Source of the DNA: Clostridia bacterium | Lineage (GTDB): Bacteria; Bacillota; Clostridia; Christensenellales; UBA1242 | Assembly (NCBI GenBank): GCA_045534555.1 | Contig: JAZSJW010000024.1 | Coordinates: 1-54,489, forward strand | DNA length: 54,489 nucleotides | Reading direction: 5' to 3' | Shown: one piece after another, positions 35,573-43,347 of the stretch | How the letters are laid out: the number at the start of each line of letters is the position of its first letter | Position numbering within the stretch: position 1 is the first letter of the stretch | Translations under genes and position numbers: made by a program | Notes under the pieces: generated by a model | Database searches by the model: none | Told to the model about the DNA's origin: nothing | What the model saw: the letters and a program-made list of their open reading frames with translations, nothing else

Positions 35573-36760
35573 ATGGAAAAGCAAAGAGTGTTTTATTTAG
35601 ATAATGCAGCAACAACACCAATGTCAAATGAAGTTTATCGTGAAATGATTGAAGTTTATGGTTCAATTTATGGTAATCCATCAAGTTTATATAAAGTTGG
35701 TCGTGATGCTGATGTGGCTGTTGAAAAAGCTAGAGAAAAAGTAGCAAAAGCTATAGGTGCAAATGCTGACGAAATTTATTTTACTTCTGGTGGAAGCGAA
35801 GCAAATAATCTTGCGATAAAAGGAATTGCAAAAGCAAACAGAAACAAAGGTAATCATATTATTACATCAGCTATTGAGCATGCTTCAGTTTTAGAAAGTT
35901 GTAAAGCTTTAGAAAAAGAAGGTTTTAAGGTTACATATATACCTGTCGATGAACAAGGTGTAATAAAATATTCTGAAATAGTTAAAGCTATTGGGCCTGA
36001 CACTATCTTAATTTCTATTATGACAGCAAACAATGAAGTTGGAACTATTCAACCAATTAAGGCGATAGCAGAACTTGCTAAAGCAAACAAAGTTATTTTC
36101 CATACTGATGCAGTTCAAGCCATAGGTGCTTTAGATATTAATGTTAAAGATATAGGAATTGATGTTTTGTCTTTATCTGGGCATAAAATTTATGGGCCAA
36201 AGGGTATCGGTGCTTTGTATGTAAAAAAAGGTGTGAAAATTCAAAGTCTTATTGATGGCGGGGATCAAGAAAGGCATTTAAGAGCAGGTACAGAAAATGT
36301 TCCAGCAATTGTTGGATTAGGTAGAGCAATTGAAGATATAACTTCAAATGTTGAAGAAAATAACAAACAATTAAGGTCAATCAGAAAATATTTCTTAAAA
36401 CAAGCAAGTGCAGCAATTCATAATATTGCGTTAAATGGCCACCCAACACAAAGATTGCAAAATAATGCAAGCATTACTTTTGAAGGTGCTGAAGGTGAAG
36501 CGGTTTTAATGATGTTAGACAGAGAAGGTATTTATGTGTCAACCGCATCAGCTTGTGCTTCTAGTTTAAATAAACCATCACATGTATTAATAGCTATGGG
36601 TAAAGATGTAGAAACTGCACAATCAACTATAAGATTTAGTTTTGGAAAAAATATTACTAAGGAAGATATTGATTACTTAGTTGAAAAAATCAGAAAAGCG
36701 GTAAAAAGAGTAAGAAGCATTTCTGCTATAAGAATTTATAAAAACAAGGTGGAATTATAG
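35573..36760 (+). CDS. iscS: Cysteine desulfurase (IscS/NifS type)
   Basis: YLDNAATTP, GNPSS, FTSGGSEANN, HTDAVQA, PLP-lysine SGHKIYGPKG, catalytic-loop ASAC..PSHVL. Confidence 0.95.
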   Translation: MEKQRVFYLDNAATTPMSNEVYREMIEVYGSIYGNPSSLYKVGRDADVAVEKAREKVAKAIGANADEIYFTSGGSEANNLAIKGIAKANRNKGNHIITSAIEHASVLESCKALEKEGFKVTYIPVDEQGVIKYSEIVKAIGPDTILISIMTANNEVGTIQPIKAIAELAKANKVIFHTDAVQAIGALDINVKDIGIDVLSLSGHKIYGPKGIGALYVKKGVKIQSLIDGGDQERHLRAGTENVPAIVGLGRAIEDITSNVEENNKQLRSIRKYFLKQASAAIHNIALNGHPTQRLQNNASITFEGAEGEAVLMMLDREGIYVSTASACASSLNKPSHVLIAMGKDVETAQSTIRFSFGKNITKEDIDYLVEKIRKAVKRVRSISAIRIYKNKVEL

Positions 36761-36761
36761 T

Positions 36762-37157
36762 ATGAATTATAGTGAAAAAGTTTTAAATGAATTTTTTAAT
36801 CCACAAAATGTTGGAGTTATCAAAGGTGCTAATGGTAAAGGTAAAGTTGTAAATCCAGAGAATAGAGAGATTATGAAAATCTATGTTAGTTTAGAGGGGA
36901 ACAAAATTGTTGATGCTCAGTTCCAAACATTTGGTTGCCCTGCAGCTATTGCTTGTTGTTCGGTTGCAACAAGACTTATTATAGGTAAATCATTAAGTGA
37001 AGCAGAGCAGATTACCGAAAAGCAAATTTTAACAGAACTTGATAGCTTGCCAGAAAACAAAAAGCAATATCTTCAAATGGCTGTTGAAACAGTTAAAGAT
37101 GCTGTTGATGCATGTAGAAACAAAGGTAAACGTTCTAAAGATGAAGATGATGATTAA
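36762..37157 (+). CDS. IscU/NifU_N-like scaffold homologue, degenerate ligand set
   Basis: YSEKV..F.NPQNVG, FQTFGCPAAIA and GKSLSEA match IscU; directly follows iscS. The CGD and KxHC ligand motifs are replaced. Confidence 0.85.
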   Translation: MNYSEKVLNEFFNPQNVGVIKGANGKGKVVNPENREIMKIYVSLEGNKIVDAQFQTFGCPAAIACCSVATRLIIGKSLSEAEQITEKQILTELDSLPENKKQYLQMAVETVKDAVDACRNKGKRSKDEDDD

Positions 37158-37174
37158 AAATTAATATTAGATAT

Positions 37175-37201
37175 AAAAAGTCACAGTTATGTGGCTTTTT
37201 T
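37175..37201 (+). terminator. Rho-independent terminator
   Basis: AAAAAGTCACA-gtta-TGTGGCTTTTT. Confidence 0.75.
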
Positions 37202-37222
37202 ATTTTGTGTTTTGTTAAATTT

Positions 37223-37252
37223 TGAATAAATAAAAATGTGGTGCACATACTA
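37223..37252 (+). promoter_or_regulatory. SigG-type (forespore) promoter
   Basis: TGAATA-N17-CATACTA matches the SigG consensus (GHATA-N17/18-CATACTA). Confidence 0.65.
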
Positions 37253-37277
37253 TGCATAAGGAAAAAAGGGGGAATTT

Positions 37278-37538
37278 ATGGAAGATATTAAATGCTTTTT
37301 AATCACAATGGGGGTTGGTTTTGCTTTAGGTGCAATGGTTGCATCAACAAATAAAAAAGTGTCAGATATTGCGAAAAAAGCTCAGACAGTTGCGATGGAA
37401 AAGTTAGAAATGGCAAAAGAGGGAGTTGCTAATATTAAAGAAAAAATAGAAGATAAAATTGAAGAGGTTCAAGAGCAAGAAGAAATGAATGTCGAGACTA
37501 ATGGAAATAAAAACAAAAAACAATCTAAAAAGGTTTAA
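37278..37538 (+). CDS. Small membrane-anchored helical protein (YtxH-like)
   Basis: Gly-rich hydrophobic N-terminal helix (FLITMGVGFALGAMVA) followed by a K/E-rich amphipathic helix; SD GGGGG. Confidence 0.7.
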   Translation: MEDIKCFLITMGVGFALGAMVASTNKKVSDIAKKAQTVAMEKLEMAKEGVANIKEKIEDKIEEVQEQEEMNVETNGNKNKKQSKKV

Positions 37539-37544
37539 AAACAA

Positions 37545-37573
37545 TAGACGAATTATTTTTGGTGTGTTAAACT
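37545..37573 (+). promoter_or_regulatory. SigA-type promoter of ruvX
   Basis: TAGACG-N17-TAAACT with a TG extended -10. Confidence 0.5.
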
Positions 37574-37606
37574 AAAGTTATTATAATATGTAAAGGAAGA
37601 ACACTT

Positions 37607-38023
37607 TTGAAAAAAATTATTGGTCTAGACATTGGCACTGTTAGAATTGGAATTGCAACAAGTGATATTCTTGGCATTATAGCTTCGTCTTATGAGGTTT
37701 ATAAAAGACGCAACATGTATCTTGATGTTAGGTATATGAAAACAATTCAAGACAAACTAGATGCAGATACATTTGTTATAGGCTTACCTTTAAAGCTAGA
37801 TGGCTCAGAAGGAGAATCTGTACAAATGGTTAGAGAATTTGCTGAAGAATTATCAAAAATAACTGATGCAAAAATTGTTTTTCAAGATGAAAGATTATCT
37901 ACAGTATCTGCAGAAAGAATTTTAATTGAGTCTAATATGCGTAGAGAAAAAAGAAAAAATGTTGTTGACCAAGTAGCAGCTACAATTATTTTGCAAAATT
38001 ATTTGGACAAAATAAAAAAGTAG
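37607..38023 (+). CDS. ruvX: Holliday junction resolvase-like / pre-16S rRNA nuclease YqgF
   Basis: IGLDIGTVRIGIATSD, VIGLP, QDERLSTVSA, VDQVAATIILQNYLD. Confidence 0.96.
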   Translation: MKKIIGLDIGTVRIGIATSDILGIIASSYEVYKRRNMYLDVRYMKTIQDKLDADTFVIGLPLKLDGSEGESVQMVREFAEELSKITDAKIVFQDERLSTVSAERILIESNMRREKRKNVVDQVAATIILQNYLDKIKK

Positions 38024-38086
38024 TGTATAATATTTTTAGAAAAGTAGTTTTCGCTTTTCATAAATGAAACAATAAGGAGTAACTTT

Positions 38087-38437
38087 ATGGCAAATAATGA
38101 AGAAGAAAAGAAGTTTGGTGGCGAAGCTGTTCCAGAAGCTATTGACCACATGCAAAATGATGAAGATGATATCATAACTCTTATGACAGCAGATGGAGAA
38201 GAGGTTGATTTTGTTGAAGTTGCAGGTATTGCATACCGTGGTAACTTCTATGCTATTTTGCAACCAGTTGAACTTCTAGATGGTATGGAAGAAGACGAAG
38301 CTTTAGTTTTCAAAGTTTCAAGAGGTCAAGACGGTCAAGATAAATTCGAAATTGAGCTTGATGATACTATCATTGATGCTGTATTTGAAGAATACAACAA
38401 ACTTTTAGACGAAGCAGAAGGCAACGGCGAAAACTAA
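38087..38437 (+). CDS. DUF1292 family acidic protein
   Basis: Very acidic; IITL..ADGEEVDF..YAILQP..ALVF..AVFEEY; typical position after ruvX. Confidence 0.85.
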   Translation: MANNEEEKKFGGEAVPEAIDHMQNDEDDIITLMTADGEEVDFVEVAGIAYRGNFYAILQPVELLDGMEEDEALVFKVSRGQDGQDKFEIELDDTIIDAVFEEYNKLLDEAEGNGEN

Positions 38438-38455
38438 TATTAATGCTTAAAATAG

Positions 38456-38486
38456 AAAGGGCACAATTTTATTGTGCTCTTTTTTT
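38456..38486 (+). terminator. Rho-independent terminator
   Basis: AAAGGGCACAA-tttta-TTGTGCTCTTT plus a T-run. Confidence 0.85.
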
Positions 38487-38510
38487 GTTGAAAAATTATA
38501 TAAAAACGAC

Positions 38511-38539
38511 TTGATTTTTTTTTAGATATATGTTATATT
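38511..38539 (+). promoter_or_regulatory. SigA-type promoter of rpsB-tsf
   Basis: TTGATT-N17-TATATT with a TG extended -10. Confidence 0.65.
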
Positions 38540-38545
38540 TTTCGT

Positions 38546-38640
38546 ATCACGTACCCGTGTGGATATTTTGGCTGTTGCTAGCATTTGATTGCTTGTTTCC
38601 AAAATAGGTGAAGCTCGGGGTGGAAATAAACAAGGAGGAA
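38546..38640 (+). ncRNA. Putative rpsB (S2) autoregulatory leader RNA
   Basis: ~100-nt GC-enriched 5'UTR with nested pairings: TACCCG/CGGGGTG, TATTTTGG/CCAAAATA and AGCA/TGCT. S2 leaders are known at this position. Confidence 0.6.
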
Positions 38641-38646
38641 ATAAAA

Positions 38647-39465
38647 ATGTCAGTAGTATCAATGAAACAACTTTTAGAAGCTGGTGTTCATTTTGGTCAC
38701 CCAACAAGAAAGTGGAACCCAAAAATGAAAAAATACATCTATACTTCTAGAAATGATATTTACATTCTTGACCTAGAAATGACAGTTGGTTTAATTGATG
38801 AAGCATATGCTTTTGTTAAATCAGTAGTTGAAACAGGTAAGTCTGTATTATTTGTTGGAACAAAGAAACAAGCTAAAGATGCTGTTATCGAAGAGGCTCA
38901 ACGTTGTGATATGTTCTACATGGGCAATCGTTGGCTTGGAGGTACTTTAACTAACTTCAAAACTATTAGAAGCAGAATTGACAGACTTAACAAACTTAAC
39001 CAAATGGAAAAGTCTGGTGAATTTGACCTTTTAACAAAGAAAGAAGTAATGAAGTTAAAGGCTGAAAGAGATAAACTAGAAGAAAATCTTGGTGGAATTA
39101 AAGAAATTAGAACTCTACCAGGTGTTTTATTCGTAGTTGACCCTAAGAAAGAATACATTGCAGTTCGTGAAGCTCGTTCTCTTGGTATTCCTATCGTTGG
39201 TTTAGTAGACACAAACTGTGGCCCTGATGACGTTGATTACGTTATCCCTGGTAATGACGATGCTATTCGTGCAGTTAAGTTAATTGCTGGTGCAATGGCT
39301 GATGCTGTTATAGAAGCTCGTGAAGGTGAAGAAGGTCTTGCTAAACGTAAAGAAGCTGAAGCTGCGGCTCTTGCTGAAGCTCAAGGCGAAACAACTGAAG
39401 CTGCTTTAGAAGCTGAAACTGAAGAAGTTAAAGCTGAAGAAACTGTTGCTGAAGTTACAGAATAA
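38647..39465 (+). CDS. rpsB: 30S ribosomal protein S2
   Basis: [38 protein letters not shown]; SD AAGGAGG before ATG 38647. Confidence 0.99.
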   Translation: MSVVSMKQLLEAGVHFGHPTRKWNPKMKKYIYTSRNDIYILDLEMTVGLIDEAYAFVKSVVETGKSVLFVGTKKQAKDAVIEEAQRCDMFYMGNRWLGGTLTNFKTIRSRIDRLNKLNQMEKSGEFDLLTKKEVMKLKAERDKLEENLGGIKEIRTLPGVLFVVDPKKEYIAVREARSLGIPIVGLVDTNCGPDDVDYVIPGNDDAIRAVKLIAGAMADAVIEAREGEEGLAKRKEAEAAALAEAQGETTEAALEAETEEVKAEETVAEVTE

Positions 39466-39489
39466 TTATTAAGTATAAGGAGAATAATT

Positions 39490-40140
39490 ATGGCTTTTAC
39501 TGCTAAAGATGTAGTAGATCTTAGAGAAAAAACTGGTGCAGGTATGTTAGATTGCAAAAAAGCATTAACAGAATGTAACGGTAACATGGATAAAGCTGTT
39601 GACTATCTACGTGAAAAGGGTATCGCAGCTGCTGCTAAGCGTCAATCAAGAATTGCTGCTGAAGGTGCTGTGTTCTCATATATTCACATGAACGGAACAA
39701 TTGGTGTTTTGCTTGAAGTAAACTGTGAAACAGACTTCGTTGCAAAAAGTCCTGCATTCCAAGAATTAGGTCACGATATTGCAATGCATATCGCTGCAGC
39801 TAATCCAAAATATGTAACTATTGAAGAAGTAGATATAACAGAACTTGAGAAAGAAAAAGAAATTTTAAAAGCGCAAGCTTTAAATGAAGGTAAGCCAGCT
39901 GCTGTTGTTGATAAAATGGTTGAAGGAAGAATTAAAAAATTCTATAAAGAAGTTTGTCTTTTAGAACAAGAATTTGTTAAAGACCCTTCAAAAACAATTT
40001 CTCAACTAATTGGTGATGCTACTAACAAAATCGGTGAAAAGATTTCTATTCGTAGATTTGTTAGATTCCAAATGGGCGAAGGTTTAGAAAAGAGAAAAGA
40101 CGATTTTGCTGAAGAAGTTAAACGTCAAGCAGGAATGTAA
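39490..40140 (+). CDS. tsf: Elongation factor Ts (short form)
   Basis: [26 protein letters not shown]. Confidence 0.99.
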   Translation: MAFTAKDVVDLREKTGAGMLDCKKALTECNGNMDKAVDYLREKGIAAAAKRQSRIAAEGAVFSYIHMNGTIGVLLEVNCETDFVAKSPAFQELGHDIAMHIAAANPKYVTIEEVDITELEKEKEILKAQALNEGKPAAVVDKMVEGRIKKFYKEVCLLEQEFVKDPSKTISQLIGDATNKIGEKISIRRFVRFQMGEGLEKRKDDFAEEVKRQAGM

Positions 40141-40154
40141 TATTTATTACAATT

Positions 40155-40185
40155 AAAATCAAGCACGATACGTGCTTGATTTTTT
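40155..40185 (+). terminator. Rho-independent terminator after tsf
   Basis: AAAATCAAGCACG-ata-CGTGCTTGATTTT. Confidence 0.9.
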
Positions 40186-40244
40186 ATTTAATATAAAACA
40201 ACATTTTATATATTTATATAAAAAGAAAATCTTTTGTAAATCAA

Positions 40245-40273
40245 TTGCTTAAAAGTGTTAAATTTAGTAAAAT
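40245..40273 (+). promoter_or_regulatory. SigA-type promoter of frr operon
   Basis: TTGCTT-N17-TAAAAT. Confidence 0.55.
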
Positions 40274-40301
40274 ATATGTAAGTAAATTTAAGGAGAATTT
40301 T

Positions 40302-40877
40302 ATGGCTATAGAAAATGAAATTATAGAAGAATTATTTTTAGAATTTGAAGATAAAAATGAAAAGGCAATTGCTCACTTAAAAAGTGAACTTTTAGCAGTT
40401 AGAGCGGGTAGGGCCAATCCTCATGTGTTAGATAAGATAACGGTTGATTATTATGGTTCACCAACACCACTTGCGCACGTTTCTAACATAAGTGTTCAAG
40501 ATGCAAGGCAACTTGTTATATCACCATGGGATATTTCTTTGGTTAAAGAAATTAACAAGGCAATTTTGGCTTCAGATATAGGATTAACTCCATCTGATGA
40601 CGGTAGGGTGATAAGACTTACTTTCCCTATGCTTACAGAAGACAGAAGAAGAGAACTTGTTAAGTCAACTAAAAAGATAGCTGAAGACACTAAAGTTATT
40701 TGTAGAAATGCTAGACGTGATATATTAGATGAGCTCAAAAAACTTAAAAAAGATGGTGATATTTCTGAAGATGATTTAGCATCATATGAAAAAGATGTTC
40801 AAAAATCTTTAGATGCTGCCTGCTTAAAAATTGATCAAATGATGGCTGAAAAAGAAAAGGAAATAATGCAGGTATAA
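40302..40877 (+). CDS. frr: Ribosome recycling factor
   Basis: VRAGRANP, VDYYGSPTPL, LTEDRRRELVK, RNARRD; SD AAGGAG before ATG 40302. Confidence 0.98.
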   Translation: MAIENEIIEELFLEFEDKNEKAIAHLKSELLAVRAGRANPHVLDKITVDYYGSPTPLAHVSNISVQDARQLVISPWDISLVKEINKAILASDIGLTPSDDGRVIRLTFPMLTEDRRRELVKSTKKIAEDTKVICRNARRDILDELKKLKKDGDISEDDLASYEKDVQKSLDAACLKIDQMMAEKEKEIMQV

Positions 40878-41104
40878 TGGTGGAAAATCAATTTAAAAAA
40901 TTTATTGGAAAACCGGCAGAATTAGCAATACAAGAATTGGAACAAGCTGGTGTTTCAGTAATTGTAACTAAAAACTCAAAAATGAAAATAGAGGCTGATT
41001 ATGAACTTGTTGTTTCTGTTAATAAAAGAGATGATAATCTAGTTGAACTTGTTGTTGGAGAGTTTTTAATAAATATTGAAAAAATTAAACCAATTAACCA
41101 ATAA
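40877..41104 (+). CDS. Small hypothetical protein, PASTA-like pattern
   Basis: Translationally coupled to frr (TAATG); FIGKPAELAIQELEQAGV.V...VVSV...VELVV resembles a PASTA unit. Confidence 0.65.
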   Translation: MVENQFKKFIGKPAELAIQELEQAGVSVIVTKNSKMKIEADYELVVSVNKRDDNLVELVVGEFLINIEKIKPINQ

Positions 41105-41150
41105 TGTTTTGTGAAAAAACGCAAAAATGCTCAAAATTAGGAGAAAAACA

Positions 41151-42050
41151 ATGTTAAAACGCACAATTACGGGATTTTTTATACTTTTGGTAACTGTAGG
41201 ATTTATACTTTTAAGGTCTGTTTCAGTTTTGTTTTTTGATGCCTTTGCTTTAGCAATAATGCTTGGTGCAACAATAGAAATGGCTTTAGCTTGTAAATTT
41301 GCAAACAAAAAAGTTAATAAGATTTTGTTATTAATTTTTCCTGTTGGATTAGTTTGTATTTATATTTTTACGAAAGGTCAAACTGCATTACTATTGCAAA
41401 TAGCACTTGTGCTTTTGATGTTTGCTATTTTAATGGCAAAAGAGTTAATAACCAATATGATTTTAAGAAGAAAAGGTGAATTACCATCTAATCAAGATGA
41501 ATTAAATTTAGGTTTATTAAAAGAAACAAAGCATACAATGGAAATTATAATTTATCCAATCGTGCTTTTAGGATTTTTATTTGGAATTAATCATCTTGGA
41601 TTAAATCTTGGCTATGTGGGAATTATTATGGTGTTTGCAATTAGCATGATGACAGATGTTTTTGCATATCTATTTGGTTCAATGATTAAAGGACCAAAAA
41701 TGGCTCCCGAAATTTCACCTAAAAAAAGTATCTCTGGAATGATTTTTGGTGCATTAGGAGGAATAATTGCTGCTGGACTTGGATATTTATTCTTTGAGAG
41801 ACTTGGATATTTAGGAAATGTATTCTCAGGTGTGAAAGATAGTTTAGTAATAGTAATTTTTGTTGTTATGGGTGTTGTTGGAACATTCTTAACTCAATTT
41901 GGTGATTTAGTTGCTTCAGCATATAAAAGAAAAGTTGGAATTAAAGATTTTGGTTCGATATTCCCTGGACATGGTGGGTTTATGGACAGAGTAGATGGCT
42001 TAATGTTTACAAGCGCACTTGTTTACATTTTGTTATCATTACTTGTATAA
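41151..42050 (+). CDS. cdsA: Phosphatidate cytidylyltransferase
   Basis: TDVFAYLFG, ISPKKS, GDLVASAYKRKVGIKDFG.IFPGHGGFMDRVD. Confidence 0.96.
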   Translation: MLKRTITGFFILLVTVGFILLRSVSVLFFDAFALAIMLGATIEMALACKFANKKVNKILLLIFPVGLVCIYIFTKGQTALLLQIALVLLMFAILMAKELITNMILRRKGELPSNQDELNLGLLKETKHTMEIIIYPIVLLGFLFGINHLGLNLGYVGIIMVFAISMMTDVFAYLFGSMIKGPKMAPEISPKKSISGMIFGALGGIIAAGLGYLFFERLGYLGNVFSGVKDSLVIVIFVVMGVVGTFLTQFGDLVASAYKRKVGIKDFGSIFPGHGGFMDRVDGLMFTSALVYILLSLLV

Positions 42051-42065
42051 TAAAGGACGGTTGAA

Positions 42066-43319
42066 ATGAGTTTTTTATACATTTTATTAGCTTTAGCGGT
42101 TTTACTTGTGTTAATAACTGTGCATGAGTTTGGGCACTATGTTGCAGGGAAAATGCTAGGTTTTAAAATAAATGAGTTTGCGATAGGTTTTGGTCCTAAA
42201 ATTTTTAGTAGGACAAATAAAAAAACAGGCGAAGTTTTTTCTATTAGAGTTTTGCCTTTAGGCGGTTTTTGTGCTTTTGAGGGTGAGGACGAAGATAATC
42301 CAAATCCAGATGCTTTTAATAACAAAAAGCCATGGAAAAGATTAATTGTCTTGGTTTCAGGTGTTTTATTCAATTTTCTATTTGGAATTATTACTGCGGT
42401 AATATTTTTAAATGTAAATGGATATGCGTTGCCTTGCATTGCTGATTTTTCACCAAATAATCTAAATGAGGGATTATTAAAGAAAGGTGATATTATAACT
42501 GAGGTAAATGGCAAAAGTTTAGAAATTTATCGATCTATGTCTGACCTTACTAAAAAAATAGAAAAAGGTGAAAATATTACTATTACAGTAAGAAGAAATG
42601 GCGAAATTGTAAAAGTAAAGAATGTTCAAAAATATACAACAGAGGCATTTTTCTTTGTTTCAAAAACAGGTAGTATTGAGGGAAAGATATTTGATAATAC
42701 TTTAACTAATGCTTGGTCTGTTGAGGAATTTAAAGCATATATAAAATCAATAGAGCCAAATAAAGATACTGAAACTGGAAAGTATGATAAATTCACACAC
42801 AACGGTATGTTCTATAAATCAGATGGGACAATATATACAGATGATGAGCTTATTAAACTTGCAGGAATAACTTTATCTACACCTGCGGATACTATGGGTT
42901 TTATATATTACAATGTTCAAGAACATTATGGTTTTTTTGAGAGTTTGTTGAAGGCTTGGCCATTTTGTTTCTATATTTGTTGGTTAATTTTGTCTGCATT
43001 AGGTGGGTTATTCACTGGGGCAACTGCGGTTGCAGAGCTTGGAGGAACGGTAACAGCAATTTCACAAATTGCAGAAATTTCACAAGTTGGTTTAACATCA
43101 TTTTTACTATTGTTGCCGATGTTATCAATGAATTTAGCATTATTTAATATACTGCCGATACCTGCTTTAGATGGTGCTCGGTGTGTATTTGTTGGTATAG
43201 AATGGGTTGCAAGAAAACCTGTGCCAAGAAAGATAGAGAATATTATTCACACAATAGGTTTATTTGTTCTATTAGGACTGGTCGTATTTCTTGATGTTTA
43301 TCACTTTTTTATAGCATAA
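42066..43319 (+). CDS. rseP: RseP/RasP M50 intramembrane zinc metalloprotease with PDZ domain
   Basis: HEFGH, FAIGFGP, LPLGGF, PDZ GLLKKGDII.EVNG, NILPIPALDG. Confidence 0.95.
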   Translation: MSFLYILLALAVLLVLITVHEFGHYVAGKMLGFKINEFAIGFGPKIFSRTNKKTGEVFSIRVLPLGGFCAFEGEDEDNPNPDAFNNKKPWKRLIVLVSGVLFNFLFGIITAVIFLNVNGYALPCIADFSPNNLNEGLLKKGDIITEVNGKSLEIYRSMSDLTKKIEKGENITITVRRNGEIVKVKNVQKYTTEAFFFVSKTGSIEGKIFDNTLTNAWSVEEFKAYIKSIEPNKDTETGKYDKFTHNGMFYKSDGTIYTDDELIKLAGITLSTPADTMGFIYYNVQEHYGFFESLLKAWPFCFYICWLILSALGGLFTGATAVAELGGTVTAISQIAEISQVGLTSFLLLLPMLSMNLALFNILPIPALDGARCVFVGIEWVARKPVPRKIENIIHTIGLFVLLGLVVFLDVYHFFIA

Positions 43320-43347
43320 AACATAATAAATTTAACTTGGGATTAAA

